Shown here piece by piece: positions 22,101 to 28,956 of a DNA stretch of 64,000 bases. The position numbers were made by a program, and so were the translations under genes. Position 1 is the first letter of the stretch, and every line of letters starts with the position of its first letter. The stretch lies in the NCBI GenBank assembly GCA_965242695.1, contig CBDESU010000001.1:960001-1024000 (forward strand), read 5' to 3'. Source of the DNA: Cenarchaeum sp. (GTDB taxonomy: Archaea; Thermoproteota; Nitrososphaeria; Nitrososphaerales; Nitrosopumilaceae). The notes under the pieces were generated by a model. It was given only the letters and a program-made list of their open reading frames with translations. It was not told where the DNA came from and ran no database searches.

Positions 22101-25100
22101 GACCTGGCCGACGGGACGATCGAGATCCACTTCGACGAGGGCGTCTCGCCGGCGGCCGGCGCCTTTGCCGGCATGCGGGGCGCCGGCGGCAGCGGCAGCG
22201 GCAGCGGGAGCGGCGGCCAGGCCGGCCCCGCATACGCCCCCGGCATCGACATCGCCGTGTTCGACGGCTCGGCCGGCGGCGACGGCCGCCACCGCATCCC
22301 CCTCGGCGGCCACGCAACCCTGGCAAACGGCACCGACGGAGACACGGTCGCCGCCAGGATCGCGCCCGACCAGAAGGCGGCCCTGGTCGAGGCCGTCAGG
22401 GCGTCTGCGCTCCTCGGGTTCGGCGCGCCCGCCACGCTCCTGCTCGGCGACGGCCTCGTGTCCGACCTGTCGGGCAACGGGCTTGCGGGGTACGGCGCGG
22501 CGGCCGGCCGCACCGGCGGCGTGGCAGCCGCGATCGTCCACGACGACCGGCCGCCGGCCCTTGACGCCTCGCGCCCGCCCGTGCTCGACATGGGCAGCGG
22601 CGTGCTGTCGGTCTGGTTCGACGAGTACGTAAGGGCCGGCCCGGCGGCCGATGCCCCCGCCGCCCCGCTTGCGCTCGTGGTGAGGCCGCAGGGGAATGCG
22701 TCCGATCCCGTTCGAATAGGGATCCCGCTCGACTCTCTGGCATCCCCGCCCGGATGGGCCGGCTCGGACGAGATCGCCGTGTCCCTCACGCCGGGGCAAA
22801 AGGCGGCCGTGGCCGCCGCGAGCGGCCGCGCGCAGGAGCCTTCGGCGCAGCCGGCGCCCGTCTCGATCGAGATCGCAGCCGGCGCCGTGTCGGACCTGTG
22901 GGGCAACGCGTTCGCAGGAGCCTCGCAGCCGGCGCAGGTGCAGGTGCAGGTGCAGGTGCGCGCCGACGCTTCGCCGCCCGTCCTCGGGCGCCCTCCAGTC
23001 CTGAACACGGCCGCCGGCACCGTCCTGATCGACCTGGACGAGTTCGCCGACGCCCGCGCCGCCGACGCCTCTGGCATTTCGCTGTCCGGGGGAGGCGCGC
23101 ATGCAAGGCTCGATGCGGCAAATACGAGCGTAGAGGCGGCGCAGGCAGGGGCCACGGGCCTGCCCGGAAACTACTCTGACCGGATCGTCGCAAGGCCGGC
23201 CCAGGGCGCCCTCGCGGCAGTCGCAATGCACGCATCGCAGCCGTTTTCGTACGCCACCATGAACATCTCGGCCGGGGCTCTGGCCGACCTGGCCGGCAAC
23301 CCCGCCGGGGCCATTGCGCGCGCGCCCGTAGAGGCGACCGACGACGACTCGCCGCCGGCCCTCTTGAACGCGACCGTCGACCTTGCCGACGGCGACGTGA
23401 TTCTCGAGTTTGGCGAGCCCGTCGACGCCGCCGGGGCCGTCCTCTCGGGGATGCGCCTTGTCGGGGCGCCCCGGGAAGGCGCGGATGCGCCTGCCGTGCC
23501 CCTTGCCGGCGCGTCCCTGCTCCTTCCGAACGGCGGGCAGCCCGACGGGCGCGTAGAGATGCGCCTGTCCGGCGCGCAAAAGGCCGCCGCCGCGGCCGCA
23601 TACTCGGCCTCGCCGCAGTCCCTGCGCCTGGAAGCGCCGGCCGGCGCAGTCGGCGACCCGTACGGCAACCCGTCGGCGGCGATCGACGAGGCCGCATCGG
23701 TCAGGCCCGACCGGACGCCGCCTGCCGTGCTGTCCGGCCGCCTCTCGCCCGTTCTCGACCTCGGCGCCGGCACGCTTGCGCTTCGGTTCAGCGAGCATGT
23801 CGACGCCGGCGCGATCGACCCGTCGGGCATCTCGGTGCGCGGAACCGGCGGAGCGGCCGCCCAGCTTGCCGGCGCCGCAGTCGCAGACCCGCCGGAATCG
23901 GGGTACGCCGGCGCGATCGTGCTGGAGCTGCCGGCGGCCCTCAAGGCGGCCGCCGCGCAGGCGGCCGGCCCGCGCACGCTTGCCGGCACGCTCGACATCG
24001 CGGCCGGCGCGTCCGTGCGCGATGCATCGTCAAACCCCCTCGGCGCGGCCCAGGGCGTGCGCATGCTCGTGCTCCCCGACAGGGCCCCGCCGCGCATCGA
24101 AGCGGCCGACACGGTGGTGGACCTGCGCGCCGGCGTCGTCACGATCGCCGTCGACGAGCACGTCCGGCTCTCGTCGGTCGACGTGTCTAGGATAGCGGTC
24201 GGCCCGCCGCCGCCGCCTGCGGCGGCGGAGGGAGGGGCGGGGGCGGGGGCCGATCCCGTCGGCCTCGGCTCTGCGCCCTCCTCGTCCCTGGCGCAGCCTG
24301 CCGCCGTCGACGCATCGCAGGGCGCATTCTCGGACCGCATCGCAATACGCATGGCCGCCGGCCAGGCCGCGGCCATTGCGGCCTCGCTTGCCGCCGCGCC
24401 GGCGGCCGGCGCGTCGGGCAGCGCCTACCTCTACGTCGAGCCCGGCGCGTTTGCCGACCTGTCCGGCAACGCGCACGCCGGCGTGCGCGGGCTGCCGGCC
24501 GGCGCGACCCCCCCGCCGGTCTCTGTCGTCTCGGCGGCGGTCACGGGGCCGGGCGCCGCCTCGGTCGAGTATACGTACGACCGCCTCTTGGCCGGCCCGC
24601 AGGACTATTCCCTGTCCGTCGGCGGCGCCGGGCGCACGGTGGCCTCTGTCAACGGGTCCGGATCGTCGGCCGTCCACGCGCTTGCGTTCGAGCCGGCGGA
24701 TGCGGCGGCCGATGCGACCGGCACTGTGAGCATCGCGCCCCTCTCTGGCGAGGGCTACGTGTTCGGCGGCGCCGGCCCGCTAGCAGTCTCCGACGGGCAG
24801 GGCCCCGCGGCCGTGCAGGCGGCCGCGCTCGGCCCGTCCTCGCTGTCGCTGCGGTTCGACGAGCCGGTCGCAGGCGTGGATGCGGCGGACCTGTCCGTCG
24901 AGGCCGGCGCCGGCGCGCCGGCGGCCGTCGAGGTGCTGTCCGTGGACGGGACGGGCCGCTCGCGCACGGTCCTGCTCGGCTCGCCTGCCCTGGCAGGCGG
25001 CGCGCCGGGAACCGTCACCGTGCTGGGCGGATCGTACGAGGACCTGGCAGGCAACCCGTCGCCGCCTGCGGCCGAGGCGCTGCCGATAGAGCCGGCCGCG

Positions 25101-28100
25101 GCGGCGGTGCGCGCAGCGGACGAGGCGCCCGTCCCCGTAACCACGGACTCGATCGCCCGCAGCGTGGCCGGCCCGTCCCCGTCGATCGACCTGTCGGCGG
25201 TCAACGGCACGTTCCCCGCTGGCGGCAACTTTACGCTCACGGCGGAGGGGCAGGGCGGCCCAGGCGCGCCGCCGCTGGCGGTAGTCACGTTTGCGGCCGG
25301 AACGACTGCGACGGCCTCGCCTGCCGCGCAGGGCCCCAGCGCGCCGCCCAGGCTCGTCATCTCGGTCTCCGAGGCGGCCGCGGACGCGGCCGGCCGCCTC
25401 CTGCCAGACCGCTCCGCGGTCGGCGGGGGCGCGCTCGGCCCGCTCGTAGAGATCGGCGCAGGGGGCAACCGCACGGTAGAGTTCGACAGGCCCGCCCGCA
25501 TATTCCTGCCCGGGGCGGCCGGCTCTGACGCGTTTTGGATATCGCCCGGGCGCCCGGCCGAGCTGATCGCCGCCGCGTGCGCATCGCCCGTCGATACGGC
25601 CGCGGTAGAGGCCCAGCTCGGCGGCGCAGGCCAGTGCGCGGCCGACCACATGGGCGGCAAGGTGATCTACACGCACCACCTCACCGTGTTCGGCACCGTC
25701 GCCCCGCCGGAGGCGCGCGCCGCGCTCCCTGCGCCGCCCGGGTACGAAGGGCCGGCGCAGCCGGCCGGCGCATGCTCGGACGACCCGTCGCGGTGCTCGT
25801 ACGCCGCGTTCGATGCGGCGCCGGGCCTGCCGAGGCTGGCCGGCCCGTCGGCCGCCGCCGCGTCCGGCCCGTCAGCGGGGCCGGCCGGCGGCAGGACGAC
25901 GATCTACGCGGCAGGCCCCGCGTCGGATCCCGCCCTCGGCGACTCGATATACGCGATCGATGCGCCCGGCGGCGCCGCGCCGGCCGAGATGCGGCCAGAG
26001 TTGGAGGAGGGCCGGCCCAGGGCGGCCCTCCGCATACTCGACATGCTGCCCGTCGGGGCCCCTTCGTCCCCCGGAGGCGCCGCGCCGTACGTGCTCGCCT
26101 CGGCCACGTCCTCGCCGATCCCGCAGGGCAACTCCACGCACTCCCTCCCTCCCTCTCCCGTCCTGCTCGTCGTCGACGCGCAGGAGCGCGCAGTCGCCGG
26201 CCACGCCCCCCTCTCGTACGTCGACCACCTGGGCAGGGCCGAGTACCGCGCCGCGCCGGCCCTGCTCGGCGCGCACGCCGGCGGAGGGCCCGGCGGGGCA
26301 GGCGCGGGGGCCGCGTACGCGGGGATGCAGCTGGCGGGGCCGGACGGGCGCTCGCTTGCCGGCGGCCCAGTCCTGCTCGTCGATGCGTCGGCGGCGCCCG
26401 ACGTCGAGGTCGTCCCGATCTACGGGGACCCGGACGGCGGCGCAGGCGGCGAGCGAATGCCCCCGTCGCCGTCGGGGTACTACTACCCGCGCGAGGGCTG
26501 GCAGCCGACGGCGATGGCCGCGCACGGGAGCACGGTGTACATGGTCGGCGCCGCCTGGCAGCCCGGCGCCTGGACGGCCGGGCAGGGGGCGCTGCCAAAC
26601 TCGTACGGGCTGCACACGCTCTCGTTCGCCGCCAACGGAAGCGATGCGGCGGCGGCCGCAGGCGGGGGCGCCGTCCAGCCCCGCTACGCCCTCGTCTCGA
26701 GCATCGAGGCGGCGCGCCTTCCCGACCGCGCGGCGGACAACTCGTCGTACACGGCGGCCGGCATGGCCGTCGACGCGGCCCGGTCAAAGCTGTACGTGCT
26801 GTACGAGAACGGCACGCTTGCGGCGTACTCGCTTGCGGCGGGCTTGGGATCCGGCGCGCAGGGAACGCCGGTCCCGTCGTTCCTGTACCACGTCGACACG
26901 GCGGTCGGCGACCCGCGCGACCTGGCGCTCGATGGCGGCACCGGAATACTGTACGCCGCCTCGGGCGGATCCGTGCGCGTGTACGACGCGCAGCGCGACA
27001 GGCTGATCGCCGCGGTTCCCGTGCTCGGCGGCAGCGGCAGCGGAGGCATAGCATCCCTTGCGCTGGCCGCGCCCGCCCTGGGCCAGGCGGGCCCCGACGT
27101 GTATGCAGTGCCGTCCTCGCCGGACGAGCCGGTGCGCATCGTGCGCGCCTCCGTCGGGGACGCGATGCCGCAGCCGCCGCCGCTGGTCGCGTCCGTCTCC
27201 GCCGCGGCCGGCTCGTACCCCGCCGGCTCGTCCGTGGATATCGCGGTAAGGTTCTCGCGCGCAGTCGACGCCGCCGGCGCGCCCGAGCTTGCGCTCGACG
27301 TGGGGCGCCGCGGAGGGGCCGCCGCGGCCGTGTACGCGTCGGGCTCGGGCACCGCCTCGCTCGCATTCTCGTATACGGTGCAGGCGGGCGACTCGTCGGC
27401 CGACCTCTTGTACGCCGGCACCGGCGCGCTGTCCCTGCCCGCGGGCGCGTCGATATCGGGCGCATCCGACGGCGCGCCGGCATCCCTGGCCCTCCCGCCG
27501 CCCGGCCCGCTCGCCGGCGCCGGCGGAGGCGCAGTGCGCATAGAAGGGGGAGCGGCAGGCGGAGGAAGTGCAATTCCGCCCGTCGTGGTCGTCGACCCCG
27601 CTGCCGGCTCCGGCTCCGGCGCGGCGCCGTCGGGGCCGGGCTTTGTGGGAGCTGGCGGAGGCGGATCCGGCGGAGGCGGAGGCGGGGGCGGAGGCAGCGG
27701 CCGAATCGGCCTTGCGGTCGGCGCCGGCTCTTCCCTCGAGGTGTCGTCCGTATCGTGGGACTGCAACAGGGGCATGGCCTGGATAACCCTCGGCGGCCTG
27801 CCGGCCGGCGGCGCAGCCGCCGCCCTTCCAGACGTGAGTATACTCGCATCGTCGGGCACGACGGCGGCGCGCGCCGTGCCAGGCGCCGCCGGCCAGAACG
27901 CGGCATACGAGGCCGACCTGCCCGAGGACGACGTATTCCTGGTCCGCGCGACCCTTGTCGACGGGCGCGATGCCGCCTCGGTGTCAAAGACGGTCCGCAC
28001 GGGAGGGCAGTGCGCCGGCGAGGCCGTGTTCGATGCCGGCGCGGCAGGGGCCGCGGCGGCGGCCGCCGCCGGGGGCGCCGCAGGACAGGCGGCGGGCATG

Positions 28101-28919
28101 CCCGATGCCGCCCCCGGGCAAGAGGCCTTGGCGACCCCCGAGCCGCAGCCTCCGGCGCCGTCTGGCGGCGAGGGCGCGGCAGGGGACGGCAGCGGCGATC
28201 AAGCCCCCGAGCCGGCGCCGCCCGCGCGGGCGCAGGAAGATCCAGAGCCTGCCGAGGCTGAGGCCGAGTCAGAGGCCGAGGACGAGCCTCCCGCGCAGGA
28301 CCTGCAGCAGGAGCAGCCGCCGCCCGATGCCCCGGCGCAGCAGGAGCCAGGCATGGCAGGCTCCGGGGGCGCGGCCGACGGAGGCGGAGGCTGCCTTGTC
28401 GCAACGGCCGCGTACGGGACAGAGCTTGCCCCGCAGGTGCAGGCGCTGCGCGAGGTGCGCGACGGCGCCGTCATGCAGACCGGCGCCGGCGCAGCGCTCT
28501 TGTCCACGTTCCATACGGCATACTATGCGGTCTCGCCGCAGGTCGCAGACCTGGAACGCGGGCATCCCATGTTCAGGGATGCCGTCCGCGCCGCGATCGC
28601 CCCGCTGCTCTACTCGGCTCAGGTCCTGTCGCTCGCCGAGCCCGGCTCGGATGCCGGCATCCTGGCATACGGCGCGGCGGCGATCGCAATGGCGGCCGGC
28701 TGTACGTTGCTGCGCCGGCCGCTGCGTCTCGGCTTGCCCCTGCCGCCAAGAGGCGGCCGGGGGGCTGCGGCGGCGAGGGCCGCCGATAGCGCGGCATCCC
28801 TGGGCCCGCCCCCCACCGCCCGCCCACGCTGCGCGCGGCCCTCCCTCCTACCCATTCCCAGTAGCGCAGAGGGGCGCGGGCGCACTTGGCCCCCGATCGC
28901 CCAAACAGTGACATTATAA
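13188..28919 (+). CDS. Giant surface protein 1 (5243 aa): signal peptide, His-rich tip, about 28 Ig-like repeats, HLTxFG domain, beta-propeller, Ig-like domain, CFI-box-CTERM (frameshifted tail)
   Basis: Hydrophobic N-terminus then LLPQAHA; repeated 'D..PP.L..P.LDL..G.L...FDE...LT..QKA...DLSGN'; C-terminal GGCLVATAAYGTELAPQVQALREVRD. The anchor continues in another frame to TAG at 28789. Confidence 0.9.
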   Translation: MAGGNIGSGGGRGARRPLLGMALPLAALLAAAVAAGAAGSWQAHDAGTVAGEARPADAAGQWAHPLLPQAHATVHVSNMKVIGSHQFQIHWDLHMVDMRSKLGQPAFTPGGTRNIVGMTGHLTSNHVYTVDGAALSPSATGYVVMRHGDYYSPPGHGHGHRSWYDWRLNLADGQAPTLDRSSTPTLDLSRGTITFRADERLHASNPSPQNIRIIGAGHTLSSSSAVSITPVGGGAYGSSDVVVTLTGHDHEVLDRNMGSRTSTTMKIGGMGLYDSAGNSFNTGRWWQTMNVVRDTAPPVLARNPQLDFNTGVLTITFDEPVTYVYLPYLFLEDSRGGSRQHVSGASYPSGLDSTVVPITLSASQLERLASLHLASGGLRLDMHRGIVRDVVGNVFAGVFDRTIDVTADTTRPALEPGRSPVVDLSRHTVSLVFDERMDVSESNPAGVRLLNSSGHPVPLAGESARGYDGATVTLSLSKINKARIAEMGTPLRIAFGADAFKDVWGNAASASSGVAASVVADTSRPGVQGRPQLDMNDGILTVPYSEAVYTGRMSPSGYTLLVSDPSSPAQRTRVGLGGAHVATEGPYAAEVDMRLTEAQRAAVASAGGPSPAVSLTIGGWAYLDYPAGNRGWYVSHSGIGVGVVDDTTPPRNATAPVLDLDAGTVAIEFDEYIDASAFDPAGMAIVPSDGPPIPMGNSTLSSAADGALATLNMTGAGAAEAGAADRRGADLRLTVPGTAFSDMSGNAYAGLDNATIIEAGGAGLPGLAGGEPLVLELSNGTLEIRFDEGVIVPSDLSGIAVSGQGGPVLAGLAGAAAAEGAGNVSDTITIDLTPLQKALLAAEYAGGDGGGWLAIDIARDVFVPEVGRGFPGLSNVNLTVIPDGRPPDLAGTPSISPAARTVTLPFDEYIDLARVDAGGIVVHDGRGGAVAGLAGAAVSSPDGAAYGGELVVTMTPAQGFAVIVAALRGDVYLNVSASAVYDVSGNAYGGLDTSDSSAAQGGGAGDGRQSASAEAPPARAAATEGAPVKLAPLPPQPHAVPPLGIDLVFGSPPQLRAVPEPVRLDLGTGVLEIEFDQLVSLAATNLTGAEIRGAGTTVGLEGAGVPADGILDSTVVVRLTPAQKAGAVAAGPAALLHLPAGFAALLGPPSEVVAGARIAVAADGAPPSIDAGRTVLDLGAGRLAVSYDEHVAGPPGGLDPGAFAVALGGNGSGGRIPLAGAFAAAAANDTVVVSLAPPQKARLDRAAALDAQAMRLDAAAGAALDLSGNPSGRVSGANLSVALDAAPPALAGAPILNLGTGSVTLAFDEFVEAGSLAPQAVTVTDRDGNGAESPMPAAGAGAGAGAGAGGDGTRLALEFSPAQAAALRAANASAGPLRIAVAAGSGIADLSGNAFAGLPGGGALTTVDDSVPPAILPGTSPALDIGTGVLSIMFTEHVPASGIDLSGAAIEDANGAVRVPLSGARIVPPSGPEVQYRTVEDDTLRIFLTADQKGAVARAHIEAGPVRLDLPSESISDAAGLRFAGLSNAPLAVASDSAGPQIRDRTLPSLDMAHGLLTVPFDEYIDAAGADMSGFELSGRPPGSQGANASVPLAGAGLASELDGAELRVRVEPRQLAALTGGGLTGIPPEVYLSIAPGAVRDVSGNAFAGLDGELIEALPDEAPPALPSPPIIDLDDGVVVVSFDEYVAATALNASGVSLVGDGSAGPGPGAPAGAGGPAMVRLSGAAVSAYGPSIPLSGGGLGSQSVLIEMTADQKAEAVLARALEIDIDGPAAGLTDLSGNAYGGIERGLAYVVPDETGPDADAPGSARTPSLDMRTGTLTLPFDEHVDPSSIDPSRVVVAVAPAPAPAGASSPPDRAPPPSTVRVGLAGAAPSVSASSPPSAYLVLTADQKAAVQRALEAHGGPQAAIASVDAARGAAADLSGNAMPAARGLAASVMADAEGPALASPAGGHPPAALDLVRGTIALEFDEHAGPQDARPGRLLLSGPGGIPVSLAGASFSSISSSAILEMRLTAAQAAAARSLHNDTGGRIMLVQSGPGAFSDLAGNPSGQGLTPPAGLPVSVAPEGAAAPIRLASAAVDLAGGTVELVFDGNVSVPALDLSRIAVLGSDRTGGSTPLHGASVQPDAASASRIAIALTGAQKASIAASYAATGSAGAAVDAAPSAVRDRFYRAFEGAAAFPAVPDPDRTPPVLSGATVDLSAGTVLVELDEFVDPGSVDASAVSVAAPAPANASAQAAAPVRLDGARVLTLGGSQSVLLAMTAGQKAAVSSLLGSSGAGELHVRTAAGALADVSENRQDAPDTAEARVVHDASPPSLDALHSAPVLDLGAGTLAMSFDEHVAAASSPSSPSVSLSAASPGAHPVRLSGSQQQGGGGGGSSTSVTLLLTPAQKGALLSGGPGAAESARLFLDAGAFADLAGNPSSPSRLPRIEAVADAVAPGIDPAHPPVLDMGSGALGIAFDEYVDPAALDLSGLSVSSGAQGAVRIALTDARIEPLAGGTDAVTLLLTRAERGAVAAALGPPPHADGAVLHIAAGAFADLSGNPAAAGAIGISAVAPDRIPPHLDRSADPLLNLALSPPVLELDFDEHIDVRAANLSLAALRISGAAGGGPGAVIGLAGAEASGASSSAGDYRIRIALTAGQAGDLEAALGGPGSPARPYLDAAAGAFADLAGNRLGALGNHTVLVARDAVAPSLASSPELDLDGRLLVLSFSEPVRLSAPGDASEVRISGASGSHPFSLGGGGGAVVAAPAGASYGTSIEVRLGASQSERAKLAMLADGDLLVTVPAGAVHDRAYNHFAGLDGAHLFVEPDTRGPAVAGLGAAAPPLPPGRSAAVLDLAHGLITVQLDEHVDSARIDLAGASVSRASATVGLAGAAAEPGGAAAASPADAASSPSTALRVLLTHAQKSELSSAGGPSEEAATLSIPAGALYDLAGNPSPAAAGIPLAVVPDTIPPSVDAPSILPVLDLADGTIEIHFDEGVSPAAGAFAGMRGAGGSGSGSGSGGQAGPAYAPGIDIAVFDGSAGGDGRHRIPLGGHATLANGTDGDTVAARIAPDQKAALVEAVRASALLGFGAPATLLLGDGLVSDLSGNGLAGYGAAAGRTGGVAAAIVHDDRPPALDASRPPVLDMGSGVLSVWFDEYVRAGPAADAPAAPLALVVRPQGNASDPVRIGIPLDSLASPPGWAGSDEIAVSLTPGQKAAVAAASGRAQEPSAQPAPVSIEIAAGAVSDLWGNAFAGASQPAQVQVQVQVRADASPPVLGRPPVLNTAAGTVLIDLDEFADARAADASGISLSGGGAHARLDAANTSVEAAQAGATGLPGNYSDRIVARPAQGALAAVAMHASQPFSYATMNISAGALADLAGNPAGAIARAPVEATDDDSPPALLNATVDLADGDVILEFGEPVDAAGAVLSGMRLVGAPREGADAPAVPLAGASLLLPNGGQPDGRVEMRLSGAQKAAAAAAYSASPQSLRLEAPAGAVGDPYGNPSAAIDEAASVRPDRTPPAVLSGRLSPVLDLGAGTLALRFSEHVDAGAIDPSGISVRGTGGAAAQLAGAAVADPPESGYAGAIVLELPAALKAAAAQAAGPRTLAGTLDIAAGASVRDASSNPLGAAQGVRMLVLPDRAPPRIEAADTVVDLRAGVVTIAVDEHVRLSSVDVSRIAVGPPPPPAAAEGGAGAGADPVGLGSAPSSSLAQPAAVDASQGAFSDRIAIRMAAGQAAAIAASLAAAPAAGASGSAYLYVEPGAFADLSGNAHAGVRGLPAGATPPPVSVVSAAVTGPGAASVEYTYDRLLAGPQDYSLSVGGAGRTVASVNGSGSSAVHALAFEPADAAADATGTVSIAPLSGEGYVFGGAGPLAVSDGQGPAAVQAAALGPSSLSLRFDEPVAGVDAADLSVEAGAGAPAAVEVLSVDGTGRSRTVLLGSPALAGGAPGTVTVLGGSYEDLAGNPSPPAAEALPIEPAAAAVRAADEAPVPVTTDSIARSVAGPSPSIDLSAVNGTFPAGGNFTLTAEGQGGPGAPPLAVVTFAAGTTATASPAAQGPSAPPRLVISVSEAAADAAGRLLPDRSAVGGGALGPLVEIGAGGNRTVEFDRPARIFLPGAAGSDAFWISPGRPAELIAAACASPVDTAAVEAQLGGAGQCAADHMGGKVIYTHHLTVFGTVAPPEARAALPAPPGYEGPAQPAGACSDDPSRCSYAAFDAAPGLPRLAGPSAAAASGPSAGPAGGRTTIYAAGPASDPALGDSIYAIDAPGGAAPAEMRPELEEGRPRAALRILDMLPVGAPSSPGGAAPYVLASATSSPIPQGNSTHSLPPSPVLLVVDAQERAVAGHAPLSYVDHLGRAEYRAAPALLGAHAGGGPGGAGAGAAYAGMQLAGPDGRSLAGGPVLLVDASAAPDVEVVPIYGDPDGGAGGERMPPSPSGYYYPREGWQPTAMAAHGSTVYMVGAAWQPGAWTAGQGALPNSYGLHTLSFAANGSDAAAAAGGGAVQPRYALVSSIEAARLPDRAADNSSYTAAGMAVDAARSKLYVLYENGTLAAYSLAAGLGSGAQGTPVPSFLYHVDTAVGDPRDLALDGGTGILYAASGGSVRVYDAQRDRLIAAVPVLGGSGSGGIASLALAAPALGQAGPDVYAVPSSPDEPVRIVRASVGDAMPQPPPLVASVSAAAGSYPAGSSVDIAVRFSRAVDAAGAPELALDVGRRGGAAAAVYASGSGTASLAFSYTVQAGDSSADLLYAGTGALSLPAGASISGASDGAPASLALPPPGPLAGAGGGAVRIEGGAAGGGSAIPPVVVVDPAAGSGSGAAPSGPGFVGAGGGGSGGGGGGGGGSGRIGLAVGAGSSLEVSSVSWDCNRGMAWITLGGLPAGGAAAALPDVSILASSGTTAARAVPGAAGQNAAYEADLPEDDVFLVRATLVDGRDAASVSKTVRTGGQCAGEAVFDAGAAGAAAAAAAGGAAGQAAGMPDAAPGQEALATPEPQPPAPSGGEGAAGDGSGDQAPEPAPPARAQEDPEPAEAEAESEAEDEPPAQDLQQEQPPPDAPAQQEPGMAGSGGAADGGGGCLVATAAYGTELAPQVQALREVRDGAVMQTGAGAALLSTFHTAYYAVSPQVADLERGHPMFRDAVRAAIAPLLYSAQVLSLAEPGSDAGILAYGAAAIAMAAGCTLLRRPLRLGLPLPPRGGRGAAAARAADSAASLGPPPTARPRCARPSLLPIPSSAEGRGRTWPPIAQTVTL

Positions 28920-28956
28920 ACAGGGCGGCCGCGGCAGGCTTGAAGGGAAGGCGGCA

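Noticed and set aside
17202-22960. (GGCGCC)n at about 17202 and (CAGGTG)n at about 22935 as phase-variation tracts
   Set aside because: The 6-bp units keep the frame and only change linker length.
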